A stretch of 61,420 nt of DNA, filler included, from Choristocarpus tenellus KU-1152 (GCA_964200185.2; 12 parts of 12 records of this genome joined end to end with filler, not necessarily neighbours in it), one strand, 5' to 3'. Positions 1-14,500 are shown, counted from the whole stretch's first letter. The notes: generated from the letters alone by a model not told the origin. Program-made: numbers and translations.

Positions 1-99
1 CGATCTCCTCCTAGCCGCCAATCCCGTCTTCTGGAGACGCCTCTCCCACTTTGCAGCTAAAGAGTCTGCATTTGCACTGACATCTTCTTGCTCGCTTGT

Positions 100-851
100 A
101 AAGTATCGTTTGTGTGCAACCAGCTCAGGCAGCACACGAGAAGAACGCCTCCACTCTCCTCCCTCCCTCTTGTCTTTCCCGTGATCAATCAAAACGCCCC
201 TTTGCCCTCATGGCCCTACAGCAGTGGATTAACAACTAATAAGTTCGATTAAGCTCAGGGTCAGTCTTTGGTGCTGTGCGGCACTTAATTCGTGCATCAG
301 ATACTAGTGGTGTTCCCAAACTACTCATGTCCCGGGATCAGTGACAAGTACACAAAAACACAAAGAGATTCACCTGCAGGCCGAGGCAAACAATGGTGGA
401 TACCTAAACCATTGAATACCTTGTTTAGCGGAGGTACCCAGGCTCCTCCTTGGGCATCTTTCTTGAGATGAACCTGTGAGGGTGGATGAAGATACGGTAA
501 GGACAGGAGGGACAGGAAAGGAAAGGGTCATTTTTGGCCTTTTTGATAAGAGATGCACTATACCTCTCACCTCCTCTTATCGGAGTACTCACTTCTTCCT
601 CTTTCCCTTCATTTCATCACCAGCTGTTGTTCCCATTCGATGAGTTGGAGGGGGAACTTGGGCTCTGTGGTTACTCAATCCTGCAGCATGTCTCCTGGTC
701 GCTTCAATATACTCTAGTCAAGTATCGTTTGTGTTGAACCAGCTCAGGCAGTGCATGGGAAGAACATTTCTACCCTCCTCCCTCCCTCTCGTACTGCCCG
801 TGATCAATCAAAGCGCCTCTTTGCCCTCATCCCCCTACAGCAGTGGATTAG
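100..851. repeat. Diverged direct repeat of ~130 bp (100-232 and 719-851)
   Basis: AAGTATCGTTTGTGT...CCGTGATCAATCAAA...CCCTACAGCAGTGGATTA occurs twice about 619 bp apart with substitutions. Confidence 0.8.
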
Positions 852-2343
852 CTAAGTAGTATGTGATGTTCCTGGTTGCATATTTTTGTGCATTGATGCC
901 TTTTTTTTTGTGCCCTCATCTCCTTATCTTAGGCTTGGTTTTCCCTCATGGCTATCGATGGCATGGGTGGAGTATGATACAGGCATGTTGGCAGATACAT
1001 AACCTTGACTTGTGTGTTTTGGTGCTCCTACTATGAGTCGCTCATAAGCTGCTGCTGTTTTGTCTTGAGGTGTCTAGATTGATGTGTACGTATCAGTTTT
1101 TGCCCTTGTGCTTGCACATGTATCCTTTCTTTCTTGGCACTGTAGGTAGAACACTGACTCCCCTCCCACAATCACTGATTCGGACATCGTGATGGCCCTT
1201 GCAGTATAAACATCAGCATTTCCTGGTGTTGGTGTACTTGGTGGACTTTGCGTTTGTAACGGAAGGCAGGAGTGTGAGTAGATTGATTGTGGGAGTTGGA
1301 TTGTTTTGTGCACTTCTCAATGGGATGCATAGTCCTCCGCTCTGCCATGTCATGGTATTGGTTTGTTCTTGGTTTGGGTGTTTTTTGATCAATTCTTTTT
1401 GCAGTGTTTGGAAATGGAATGCAGTAAACAGGTAATCCACTTGAGTGCATGCCCCTACTGAAGGTCTGGGTGTGTGCACCTGTTTGAACAAACTGGTCCC
1501 CTGTGTTTCCGGTTTGGATATGTTCGTTGTGGATGAAAAAGGGAGAGAAAGGTGTTGGTTCCTCTATCTGCACTTGGCCATCAGAGCTAGTCTAGTCTGA
1601 TGCAAGAGCCCTCCAGCAGGGTGTGCGTGTTGTGTTGAGGGCTGGAGAGGAGGTCACATTTTGGTGGTTCCATCTCAGCCTGCAGACCCTCATATGCTAG
1701 TATTGTTTGCCATTTGTGTATGCGTTGCGTTGCAGTGTTTGTGAGATATGTTTGTTTGGAAGCTGAAGCATGAGTGGGGCCTGTTGGGGCAGTTGATGTT
1801 AGCCTTGCAGGTGCGTCCATGCGTGAGACTTTGGGCACCGTCAGGCTGCCACTCCTGCAACTGACTTGCGCAAAACGTTCCAGTAAGAATTTTATTCAGG
1901 GTTATTGGGCAACGTGGAGTGCTGCCAGGCTGCCTCTGTCTTTCGCACATTGCTTAGCCAAACCTTGAGTGATAGGGTTGTTTTGATATGTGGGACGTCT
2001 TGAGTTTTTCTTGCCTTGTGTATGTGTGTTTGTGATGGTTTGTAGGATTGCGGGCACAAACTGCATCGGCGTTCGCCCCTCGTCGTGCTTTATCGAGAGC
2101 AGTTGTCTATTGAGTAGTAGTGGAGCTTTGTGATTCCGCGTGGTCTTGCCTTCTTGTTGGTCTGAAGCTTTAGGTCAAATTGACATTTTAGTAGCAGCAA
2201 CACCGACAGATACAAACCTGGTGTATTGCTTCCCTCTACTCTCCTGTAGGTGTGCACAAGCACAAGGCCTGCTCAGTACAGACCACCATGTTGCCACTGA
2301 TGACACAGTAGATTGGCAAGTAAGGGCGTTGTAATATATTGAT

Positions 2344-2526
2344 GACCCAAAGCATCTGTGGGCGGGGGGAGATCTACACCATGGTGTCCATTTAGGTCAT
2401 AACTAGGAAAATTGTACTTACATCATCCATCCGACATGTGCAACCAAGTCACCGAAAAATCGCGACATGAAAGAAATGACCCCAAGTGGACAGCCGCCAC
2501 CCCTCCACCCCCAGATACTTTGAGCC
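2344..2526 (+). mobile_element. MITE family B, complete copy
   Basis: Ends GACCCAAAGCATCTG...CAGATACTTTGAGCC with G/C-rich subterminal tracts. Aligns with 41480-41656. No intact TSD. Confidence 0.8.
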
Positions 2527-3996
2527 AAATTGCGATGTTTGTACAGATGTATATATGTATGTGTGTGTGTATATGTTATAAGTGAGACTGGACCGAAAGA
2601 TAATCTTTGCCCCATATATTTGTGGGGGGCTTACACGTGCACAGAGTACAGACCACAATATCATACTCCCACCTCGGTGCTTTTGGCTGCGTTGATTAGA
2701 GTTTGGACCCTGCACACTTCCCACCACCTACGTCATTCTGCACACCAAATGATGTGATGAAAGGGAAAGTCCTTACCCCATACGCCCATCCCTTACAGCT
2801 CGAGAGGCACTTACCGCTTTAAGGAACAGTAATTTCGAACAGAGTGGCAAAACAGTACCAGACCGAAAGCAAACATTGTCACTTAGAGTCCTACTGACCC
2901 CAAACCTAGACCAAATATCCACCCCAAGAGAATTTGTCTGCGCAGTGTCTGACACTGGACTGGGCTTAGGCAAAGTCAAAGTCTCCCCTAAGAACTTTTG
3001 GAATTTCGAAGAGATGGAGAGAACATGCATCATGTACTATAAATTCTACTTCTAAGTAATATATTTTCCACCCCGCCCAAGTTGTATCATGGAGCCTAGG
3101 ACGTCATCAGGTTCTCCTTTAATATCCATCTGCAAAAGATCACAGGCAGGGAGCTCTTTTTTCGGGCGTCTCTTCCTTTGAGTCATACAGTACTACCCTA
3201 GAAAAATACAGTTATACATACATGTTTCAAACTTTTTCAAAGGGCCATATTTCTATATATTTATGTAAGTGTATATTATTATGCCCTCCAACATTTTGCA
3301 CATGCGTCAGGGGAAAAGCTGAATCAATATCACAAGAATCCCTGTAAAAGTAAAGGTAGTTGTGGTACATGTAAAGATACCTCTCCAAAGATTTTGTACT
3401 AATTGAATACCTGCTATGCTACATCACTCCCTTAAGAGCTCAGTAATATAACTATATGATGTATCTAATGTTTTGCCCGCTACTGGATTTTGTGGGTGGT
3501 TCCGTGGTAGAAAAGGAGAGAAAGGAAGTAAAGGAAACAAACATTTCAGCCGTACGAGTCTGAACAACAAGAAGTCAGGCATTGAATATAACAAACGTCT
3601 CACACAACCACAGCAGTGCCGTAACGTATTTAAAAGGAAGACAACAAAGCTGACTACTAACACCATTTAGAACGCATTATCTTGTGGGAGGAATAACAAT
3701 CAGTCTCGGAAGCTAATACTCTAGTTACCCTCAAACACTAAGACTTAGTCCCGAAAGAATGAAAGAGAAAATATTGTTGGAGGCATTGTTAGCAACACCA
3801 CTATTGCTGTTCTGAATTGTGATTGGAGGGCCACTACAACAGTTGAACCTACTCATTGATGGGTTCATGTCATATGTAGGATGAAGGCATAGGGCATGAA
3901 CATTGGTTAGTAAGGAGCAATCTCTCAGCGAGCCTTGTTGTACGGTTCAGCTTCTTAGAAAGAAGTATCTTGGAAGTGACAACTCTTTAATGAAAC

Positions 3997-4894
3997 CAGG
4001 GCTTTTCATCGGATCGGCGAATTAAGAAGGTCCCATCCACCGGCTCGACTGGTCCCACATTTATTTACCATATCCCAGTCCATGTCCACTAGGTATTGAA
4101 CCGGTCCATGTTCATGTCCGGACTGGTCCCACAAATTTATTTGACGCGTCCTTGTCCATGTCCACCAGGTATTGAACTGGTCCATGTTCGCCAGTCGGAC
4201 CAGGTCAAACATTCTCTGTCATGACCAGACCATGTCGACTAGGTATTGTACCAGTCCATGTCCACAGGTCGACCAGATTAACTTCTTTCCTTTCATGTCT
4301 GGACCATGGCCGCCTATCAATTCTTTTTTTTTTTCTTGTCCTCTGACCATGTACGCTACGTGTTATAGAAGTGTTAATGTGAGAAATTATGTACACGTGA
4401 ATCACAACCACCTTCAGCTGCCAACGATGTTTCATATTAATTTTACCGTTTTAATATGCTATACCAAAGAGTATTAAATAATGGAGAAATCTTACTATAT
4501 GTAGCATACTTAGTACTTCCAGTAGAAATTCGAGAATTTGGTTACAATATTTAAGAAGAGTGGTAAAATATAAAATTGGAGGTACGGCCATGAGCACTAG
4601 GAAATACTACATGACTGACCATAGATAAAATGTTCTAACATGGCCTAGTCCATGGCCATCGCTTACTCAACATGACGGGGACCACTGGCCGGTCATGTCC
4701 AACCAAGTTCGAACATGTTCGAGTCCATGACCATCACTTACTCCACATGACCAAGACCAATACTGTATATAACCAAGTTCGAATGGCCGAGTCCATGACC
4801 AATGACCGTTTCAACATGGTTGGGTCACGGACCGGCCTTTTGCCATGTGGTCGACAGTGGACATGCTAACTCCCCGCCCAGATAAAAAGCTCTG
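3997..4894 (+). mobile_element. Non-autonomous TIR element, hAT-like CAG termini
   Basis: Termini CAGGGCTTTT...AAAAGCTCTG, with many subterminal GTCCATG/CATGAC repeats at both ends. The left arm is homologous to the inverted copy at 29640-29919. No clear 8-bp TSD. Confidence 0.65.
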
Positions 4895-6557
4895 ATAAAA
4901 AATTGTTGAAGACGTCATCTTGTTCTTGTCTCTCCTCTGACACTCCTGCCTGAAAGATATTCTATAAGTAGGCAAAAAAATACTAACAGAAACAAGCTCG
5001 TACAACTACTTACTCCCTCATCCCATGTCTGCGATGTTATGAATTTCCACTCTTTGTTTTGTCCGTTTATTCACGAATACATAATACTTTCCCCTTTGAT
5101 GTATGGCTCAATTTGAGTCTCTGGATATAAATATTGGTTCTTGCCTTTCGTTCCGAAATATTTATGAATCTGTTCCGATAGTTAGGACTGATAAAAGCGA
5201 TCCTTTTCCGCCCCATTTTGAGAGGATGTCCTGTGCCCGGAGGCGCGTACAACGCCCCACGATCACCACACAACTTGTTGTGAGTCAAATTGTGAAGTAT
5301 ATCTCGTGCGAGTGTCATACTAGCACATCTATCGCATAGGAAAACACTTGAAGGGAAATTTTCGGACCCGATATCTTACTCTGCACCCTCCCACGTTATG
5401 TATAGGCATGTTAGGGCCAGAAAGTGATATTCACTTCACACCACTACTTTATTTTTTGTGTAAGGGGGATGTTTGTTAAAACCTGAATCGAATGCATCGT
5501 ACATGTAAGCAAAATGTAAGCAAAATGCGTAGACTACGAGTGAAGAGAGGAATCATGGTGTTGTAAAGCACCGGCGAGTAAAATGCGTAGTCTGTGGTAT
5601 GAGTAGATGTGATAGTGCTGCAGAGCACCGATGTATTTATTCTGTTTCGACTGAAGTCATTGATCTCTCAGTCAAGAATGATGTGATGCGAATTCAGCGT
5701 TATTTCATGAAATACTCAACGAAAGAAGTCCATGCTCTGTGGAGAGGCTTGTTACCTTGGTGGCAAGGGTTTTCCGTAGATGGTTTTAACTCTGCATGTA
5801 TTACATCCAAGTGTGTGGCAGGGGGGGCACTTATCACAGAGTGAGCTTGATACACTCAGAGGGGGCAATGACAACCAATGAAAAGATAATAACCAACAAT
5901 TAACTTGCATCTGGGGTATTCTCCTGATAAAGAGAACAACAGAGATTGACATACAACAAAGAGAAAAAAAACCCAGAAAGTAACAGCGGAATGCGCTTGG
6001 AACAAGATCCGAAGTAACTTGGATGACGCTTGCTATGATGTTCCTGTGTGTGATGTGTATCAACTGTATATCAACTGATGCTGTACTTCTATCTAATGTT
6101 ATCGATGTGATGATGAGTTGGGATGCGCAATAAATAAATGGACAGTATCAACCAGTGCAGTGCACTAATCAACAGTCAATACAAGCTGACAGTTTTGTAT
6201 CATATCAAGTAGAAACAAATGAGTAGCCTATGTTTTAATAGTGTTTTCCTTGCCTGCGCATTCGTATGTTGATAGCGTGGAAGTAGCTGTAATTGTTTCG
6301 TGCTAGGACAGTGTTACAGCAGAGGACAGTTTTATATCGCGATATTTCATAAACGCCTGCGTAGACTTGACGTATGAACTTCATTACTCCTTTGAACTGT
6401 ATGTCCATTTTCATTATTTTTCCTCAAATCCTCGTACACCCAAGCCCCTCGTTCTGATAGGCTTTCATTCCCAGATGTATTAGTAGTGGAATACCGAGGA
6501 ATAATCGAAATGAAGTGGTCAAACGTGTTGTGACTGAGCATCAAGGAATCGTCTTCC

Positions 6558-6630
6558 TGTTCGATTAGACTCTTCCAATTCTATCGGACAGTTACGGTAA
6601 AATATGTATGGAGTAATGGAACAATCAATT
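6558..6630 (+). mobile_element. LTR-like repeat, 5' part (runs into gap)
   Basis: TGTTCGATTAGACTCTTCCAATTCTATCGGACAGTTAC matches the reverse complements of 40126-40160 and 55981-56053. Confidence 0.55.
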
Positions 6631-6730
6631 NNNNNNNNNNNNNNNNNNNNNNNNNNNNNNNNNNNNNNNNNNNNTTAATTAATTAANNNNNNNNNNNNNN
6701 NNNNNNNNNNNNNNNNNNNNNNNNNNNNNN
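6631..6730. other. Artificial contig-join linker (first of 11)
   Basis: N44-TTAATTAATTAA-N44 with stops in all six frames. Identical linkers at 17006-17105, 20740-20839, 24791-24890, 28013-28112, 34987-35086, 39786-39885, 47970-48069, 51091-51190, 53825-53924 and 58574-58673. Confidence 0.97.
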
Positions 6731-8592
6731 ACAAAACAAAGGATGCAAGTGTTTAGGGATGTATGCAGGAGGGGGAAAAGGCAAGGGCAGGGGGGGGGGA
6801 GAGTTATAACTAGGTGTCAAAAGTCCATACTCATGTACATATGATACACATTGACATACATGCAAGCACGATCACTTCAAAGCAAGTAGCCCTGGTACCA
6901 ATGATGGTACGGACACCCCCCCAAAAACATTTCAAAATGAAGTAGGTTCTAGTAGTGCTAGTGCATGGACCATGGTTCAATCTGTGTTCAAAGGTCTCCC
7001 ACAGTGTGCTATTAACAGATACATCACTTAGTACCAACAGGGTTAGGTCAACACAACAGTAATCGATAGACTAAATAATAATACAGATGCATCACTTTGT
7101 ACCAATAGGGTTAGGTCAACACAACCGTAATCACTATACTCAGTAGACATCGGCATTATCAATATACATACTCAATATAATACTCAAGCACCATTAAGTT
7201 TCCAGTATTGTCCTGCCATCCTACTATACTGTAACCAGTATACGGTATGATGGTGATACTAAAAAACTAGTAAATCGAGCCAGTATACCAGAGCCTCCAA
7301 GAAAATAAAAATAAACCCAATTTAATGAAGCATTCCCATAATAATATAAAATCGGTGCTGATAGACCAGGCAACAAAGACCAACCAAAACAAAAGTCTGT
7401 AAATAAATAAATATAGTTTATTCAAACATAATAAATAAATAAGACACATATGGGCATAGATTTCGATTGACACCATCTCAAACACTGGGCTGTAAAAGAA
7501 ATCACTCCTTACGCAAAATAAAAAAAAATAATAGAGATATTAGTCAGTATCACCACATAATTACATGCAAATTGGTGGAAACTATTGGCATTAATATTAA
7601 CCATCAGAAATAACATTGTCAGACACACACCCCTCTTCTCCCCTGGGTTAGGGTTAGCCTGTAGTAATAACAGAATGCAACAGCAACAAAGCCAACACAT
7701 TAACCAACAGGTGGTTCGAGAGTCTGACTGATTGAATGAACAGCTCTTTTAAAGAGCTTTGTGGATGACTGCCATTCCAGGGTACCTGTCACAGGTGATT
7801 GATGAACATTATTCTAAAGCACCAGCTGAGGCAGCTCAAACACATCAGGGCACACACTCAATCAGTGCTATCTTGTCTGCTAAATGTGACTTTTTTCAAC
7901 ACCTCTATTCTTTTTTGGGGTGATTATTGATTATTGACTATTGCATTCCTCTTTCAATTCAATGTAGCGATGTGTGATGAAAAGTTATCATGTTGGATCA
8001 ACTGGGTGCAGCACTAACCTTTCTTTTCCCAACAAATTAACATAAACCCACATACACGATGACCTATCTTAAGAAAGCATTCGGTTTACTTTAGAAAGAG
8101 ACATACATAATAACTATACATAAGAACTATACCTGGGTTTGTCCCGGCTACTCTTTTTGTTTGTTTGTTAACATTAATAGCTGTAACATCTTTTGTTTGT
8201 TTGTTAACGTTAGTAGCAGCTATAACATTTTTTGGTTGTTAGTTAACATTTATAGCTATAGCATCTTTTGTTTGTTGTATTTTCACTAACATTGTGAGTC
8301 CATTTTCTGCTCTTTTTCTTTGAGACTTTCTTTCCACAACAGGTCTGGGACACATCACACAAACACAAAGGGTATATAATAATATAAATACAAATAAGAA
8401 CAATAAAATGAAACCCGGAAAAAGTACAGGTTGAAAATGTTCTGCGTTTTTCAAAAATCGAGTGGAACATGTAGTAAGCTTTGTAGTAAGCAAGAGCACA
8501 ACAAAGAATATAGAGTACACATAATGCAATATACAATATTTATACTTTATGTTAAGTAGTAGTATTACTATCACCGTTGACGGGAAACTGAC

Positions 8593-11500
8593 CATACTGT
8601 GTCTTGGTGGTGCCCCAGCCACCTTCCTCTAGCTTGTCAGAGCGCCGGAATCCTACTAGTATATCATCCAGTTGCCTCTTATAGCTACCATCCATGAGCA
8701 TGTCTGCTTCATCCATAACCAATGTTGTCGCCTATTATATAATATGTGACATGGAGAGAGGAGAGGGGAGGAGGGCAGCCATTGGGGTAGGTTAACGATA
8801 ACTCAATACATCACAATAATAATAAAAACAGACTATACATGGAGTTAACATATAACATACTGGTTGTTACATCACCAACAATAAACCTTTTCATATCGCA
8901 CAGGATAACATGAAATAAAAAAAATAAAACATCACTACTATGTATTTACCTAGTGCAGAGGACAAATGAAATATATCCTGGAATATTTTGAGATGATAAT
9001 ATATATATATATATTATTAGAAACGTGGGGGCAAGCTGGAGTGCATGAAGTTGGTTTGAGTTAACCCTAAACATAATTCCACGTGGGACTCAAGTTACAG
9101 TCCAATTTAGGTCTACCTTGGAGTAAATACTTCAGCCTCCAAAACTAGACTGGAGGCTTTCAAAACTTTGTAAAATCTGCTACAGGTTGATTCATCCCAT
9201 CAAACACAAAACATAATATATATATATAAAATCTAAAAATAACATAAAAAATATGTTGAACGAAAGCTGACGTCCTAAGCTGTCAATGGAGATGTATTCT
9301 CATCCAAAAAAGGGGAAGAGTTTCTTTTTTTTGGGGGGAAGGGGTAATTAGTTTTTTTTTTCTTCCAATTTACACAATTGTCTTATCTCATTGGCTATTC
9401 ACAACATTAAATTTATCTCATTTGGCATAGGAATGTTGACATACACAGGACTGATGAATTGGAAGTGTTTTTGGTGGCTCAAAAACACGGTGTTTGGCAA
9501 TGCAGAACATTTTAACAAAAAAAATGCTTTTATCCACTCCAAATCTTGCTGGGTTGTTGGTTTGCCTCTTTTGCCCCCCACTCTCCAAATTCAAATTCAA
9601 CCAGTGACCTTAACCTCCTATTGTGCTATTTCCTCTCCTCTGTCAGAGGTGGGATCTTGATCTTGATTCAAAGCCCTCTCCACACACACATAGCCAAGGC
9701 CTTTCGGGATGGTATCCACCACAAACTCTGTCTTTAGACAATCCACCATACTCAGATGGAAGACAAGACCTCACTTCTATACAAAAACGATGTATAGATG
9801 ATGAATATTTCCACTATATCAAGCCATAGCATATCGAGATTGCACCTCCCTATCCCAGTCCACCCTAACCCTAACCCCTCTCCCAACCCCCAGCGTGCTA
9901 AATATTTCTCTGTTCTCCTCCCAAGTTTAGACAGTAATTTTTGACAGTGCCTACAACCTTGTCGCATCCCCCACTCACACCGATCAGTGGACAGTCTGGT
10001 ACTAAAGGACAGTCATTGGTTACTGGTACTAAACGACAATCGCCACACCTGCCCTCAGAGAGCACCTCTCTCCACTAACCAAGTAGATTTTGTCAATTTC
10101 GTTTCAGGTATAACCATCCCCAACCTCTAGCATTGAAGTTGAATCACTCCTACTACTGCCCTTCGGAATCACCCCATCCGCACCACCCCCTTGCCCCATC
10201 TTTGGTCAGCCCCCCTCCCCTCCCCCTCCCCCTCTTATCTTGCGGTGTCCCCTCATCTACAAGCACCTCTGCAGACAGCTCTCTCAACCTCTCGTTTCTT
10301 ATACTCCCCATCAAGAGACCCATCAAGAGACTTCTTTCTAGAGATTGGTTTTGAGTATTGAAAATTGCTACAAACATGTGCATGTCCTAATCCTCATCCC
10401 TCACCCTAACCAGGTATATGCTTTTCACAGAGTACATACACAATCTCTAACTATCAAATGCCTATCAGGACTTGCAAAAGGTATACCATATTTTACGCTG
10501 ATGCCAACAGATTGGACATTTAGAGATAGCTGTCAAGTACTACACCAAATTGAAGCTATCTCAAGCAATAACCTTCCATCCAATTACTTCAGCAAATCAC
10601 ATCAGTAACATACCCCAAAATGAGATTATTTAATTTAAAATTAAACTATGCCAGTACATCAGTACCATTCCTTACCGACTCAATCAATTTTAGCAAAAAA
10701 AGGAACAATAAAAAGTGCCTAGAAAGCCAGAAGATTCTTGTACTTGGTTCTTACTTCTGTAAAAACAATAATAAAATTATAGTAATATCACACACCTTGC
10801 AGAAGAGGGGTATAGCCTTCATGTTGGTATACTTGTGGAGAAAGGTGGGAGTGCAGACCAGGATGCTGGGTGCTGGTTGATTAGGTGAATAGGGATATTC
10901 ATATGAGGAACCATACATCACAGCAGCTGCAGACAAGAAGGGACACATTTGGGGGGGCAAGGGGGTAATGTCATTGCAAACATCATGATAGACAGGGAAA
11001 GGGGGTCACATTGGGGTTAGGGTTAGGGTTTGTGCTCCACTACTACTAATATCACTAATACTACTACCAGTAGAGACAATAATAATACAATCTAACATTT
11101 CCTACGAATACTGTTCCAATTATTACAGTTACAAACTCTTAAATCTCACAACTCTACACAGAACAGAATGGATTCCCACACTTTCAATAATAGGGTTAGG
11201 TTTGATACAACATACTATTGTCAACAAATCTAAACAGTATTAATACATTCTTCAAGATCAAACATCAACAAATCTAAACAGTATTAATACATTCTTCAAG
11301 ATCAAACATCAACAAATCTAAACAGTATTAATACATTCTTCAAGATCAAACATCTACAAATCTAAACAGTATTAATACATTCTTCAAGATCAAACATCTA
11401 CAAATCTAAACAGTATTAATACATTCTTCAAGACCAAACATCTACAAATCTAAACACCGAGAATTGTCTCCAGCAGCAATGGAATGAGAGCAGACTGTTG

Positions 11501-14500
11501 AGGTGATACACCAATGGAATGAGCTCATAAGGTTATCTACCTATCTGCTATGGGATGGAACAGAGTAAACAGACACTGACACCGGTACACGGAAGGTAAC
11601 TGCTCTTTTCTCAGTAGTTGGAGGCACTTTCTTGTACATGACTCTGAGTACGACATTGACAACACCATAAGCGGTTACACATATAAAAAAGCCTTTATTA
11701 ATAGGACAACCATGTGAGTAGGAACCCCTTCTTGCCCTACACCAGTTAACCTCCCTCCCCATGAAGAGAGTGCTCACAAATCTTCAAAAAGCAACTACAA
11801 ATGCCACCGCTAAGAAGCCCAAGCTCTACAAAATGTAGTAGGATTTGTCAATGGGGAACAGAGTAGAATTCTTTGTGCCAGCTGATCATCTCTACAATTT
11901 AAAAAATTGTGCAAGCAAGAGCCTTCGCATGGTCTGTGGGGATCAGAAGAGGTTCCAACCCAATGTCCATTATTTTAATTATGTTGTCATTTCATTGGTT
12001 ACTACACTTACACCCTATTGCATTGTATTGGTCCATTTTCCCCTGCTTAGTAATGCTATTACTAGTATTACTAGTTGTTCACAGTAAGGGACTGACTGTC
12101 TCTACACACCTGTTACACTCTCATCCCCCTGTTGTGCCAGGCCTGTGAGGATCTGGTTAAGGACACCAAGGACCTGTCAAAACAAATAGCACACAGAACC
12201 ATAATTGGACTAGCCACTAAGTACTAAGTACTAACTAGAACAACTAGTATCATTATATCTATTGCTATTACGACTACTAAATATCTTTGTTGCCAGGGAG
12301 TATGATGTCAATACCAGCCTCCTGTTGGTGCCTTGGTATATCAAATGATACCAAAGATCTACCATGAGCACACTCATACTATAAAGGGGATTAAATTGTG
12401 TTGAGGGGACAGGTACAACCCATAGCAATTTAATAGTGTGACACTGGCATTGACCCATGATACATTGTCCCTGCGATTTTTACTGCACACCCCTCTCACC
12501 TTAACTGCTTTATTTAATACTTTAATACTATTAATAGTACGCATTCTACAAGTGCAGCACTCTATCAATATCGATACATCTCAATCATCTTGGACTCATA
12601 AAAAAAGGATAACATCAGATTTTTCCAAAACGCCTTCATACACAACAAAAACCCTAACCCTAACTAAACTAGAATAAAAAACACTGACAAAAAGTCAAAC
12701 CTCAGGGAGTAAGCCCTCATTTACCACAGTGAGCAACATCACGACTTTAAGCACTCAAATGCACTCTTACTAATCAATAACAATAATGTGTAAGAAAAAA
12801 TGGCAATGAAACATTTGTTGTTGATGAGTAAGTAACACATATGCTGCTTGCCAATATCGCTTCAGGAAACTAATCTCAAGTACAGGAGTTCTACACCCTT
12901 ACTGCCCACAAATAATAATAAACACTACAACTACTAGTCATACTACAGTTAATATTAGATACTTCAATTACTACTAATGCTACAACTAAAAATAAATATT
13001 ACAATTACTGCTAACACTACAGTTAATATTAGATACTCAGAACCACTGTTACTCTCATAGCATGAACCTCTATATTAATGTTAATAATGAAGGGTTAGGG
13101 TGCTGACAGGTTACCATGATAGTCCAACGGTTGGAACACCTGAGAATGACGTTCTCAATCGGCACTACATTCTCAGTAATAAAAAAGAAGAATGAACGAC
13201 TCATCAAACAAATCACAAAAGAAATTGGCTAGCACAGTCCAGGTTGTGGACAGACAGCACACAAGTATCGTAACAAATAAAAATTTGATAGAACATAATC
13301 CTATGATTAGTATCACAACACACTGCTCTCCTTGTGAGCTGGTATTAGTGGTATTTATACCTGTGACACCCTTACCATCTCAACTCTCAACTATACTTAC
13401 AGAGTTTCAACGAACCAATCACAACCAAACTCTTGGGAACTAAAAATAAAATCAAAGTTGGAATGACCACCTCATGCATTTCTTTTTTACACATTCCTAA
13501 TCTGACTGATGACAAGACTCAGAAGAACCTGCAGACAATAGTGAAAACAAGGGGATGACAGTGACTCACAACAAGTTGTTGAAATCCAATTCAACTACTC
13601 CAGGTCTACAGTGTGTGCCTGACCTGTCCCAAGAAATGAAATGAACTTCAGACGAGCACATGAAACACAAGCACATGAACTCAAGGAGAAAAACAAAAGC
13701 AATGGCGTATCATTGCAATAACAATTAACGAACAAGCATACCAAAGCAGAATACGCCTTCACAGGTCATGACAAGCGCAAACAAAACACACATATATTCA
13801 CCTGTTCAGCAAGTTCCTTATTGGGCACCAGCACCACCACATCAGGAAACATGGACCATCCCTTTGCATTTCCTGTTCGGAACAAACAGCCAACATGCCA
13901 ACATAAGGCAGGTTGCAAGAAAGAAAAAACGGAAATTGTGTTGAATCGATCCCACAGGAAATAAAATAAAAAACTGATCCTCTTCGTATAACTGCCTTGC
14001 TTTCAGACACACACACACACATATACATATAGATATAGATACATATCATTAAAGTAGTACGGTTCTCCAAAACCAAGCACTCACAGACCCACATGCACGA
14101 GTTAACAATCTTGGGCATAAACTACCAGGAACCTGCCCCACAATCTGTGAACTAGGTCAAGAGATGTGCAAGTGTGTGTAAACCCTAACCCTAGAACATA
14201 TGTGGGGGATTTTATTTCAATGTACAACCCAAAGGCACTAACTACACCGTGATGGGATCCAGACAACCAACAAGTCCTGCTCTATATTATCAAGAGTAAG
14301 GGAGCAGAACACGTGCGCATGCACAGTGCTCAGTCGGAGTTGGCACAATGAAAAAACTGGTCTCCAGTCCTACTCAAAAGGTGTATCCAATGAACTGTAC
14401 CTTATTGGTAGAGATAGACACACACCACCTTATCCACAAGTTCCTATGTACGGATTCAGGCATACATACACCCCCATCACCTCCTGTAGACCCAACCCAA

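Noticed and set aside
6675-6686. TTAATTAATTAA palindrome as a biological motif
   Set aside because: It is always centred in 88 Ns, so it is an assembly linker.
11221-11456. CRISPR-like array
   Set aside because: The units are head-to-tail with no unique spacers, lie in a eukaryotic intron, and no cas genes are present.
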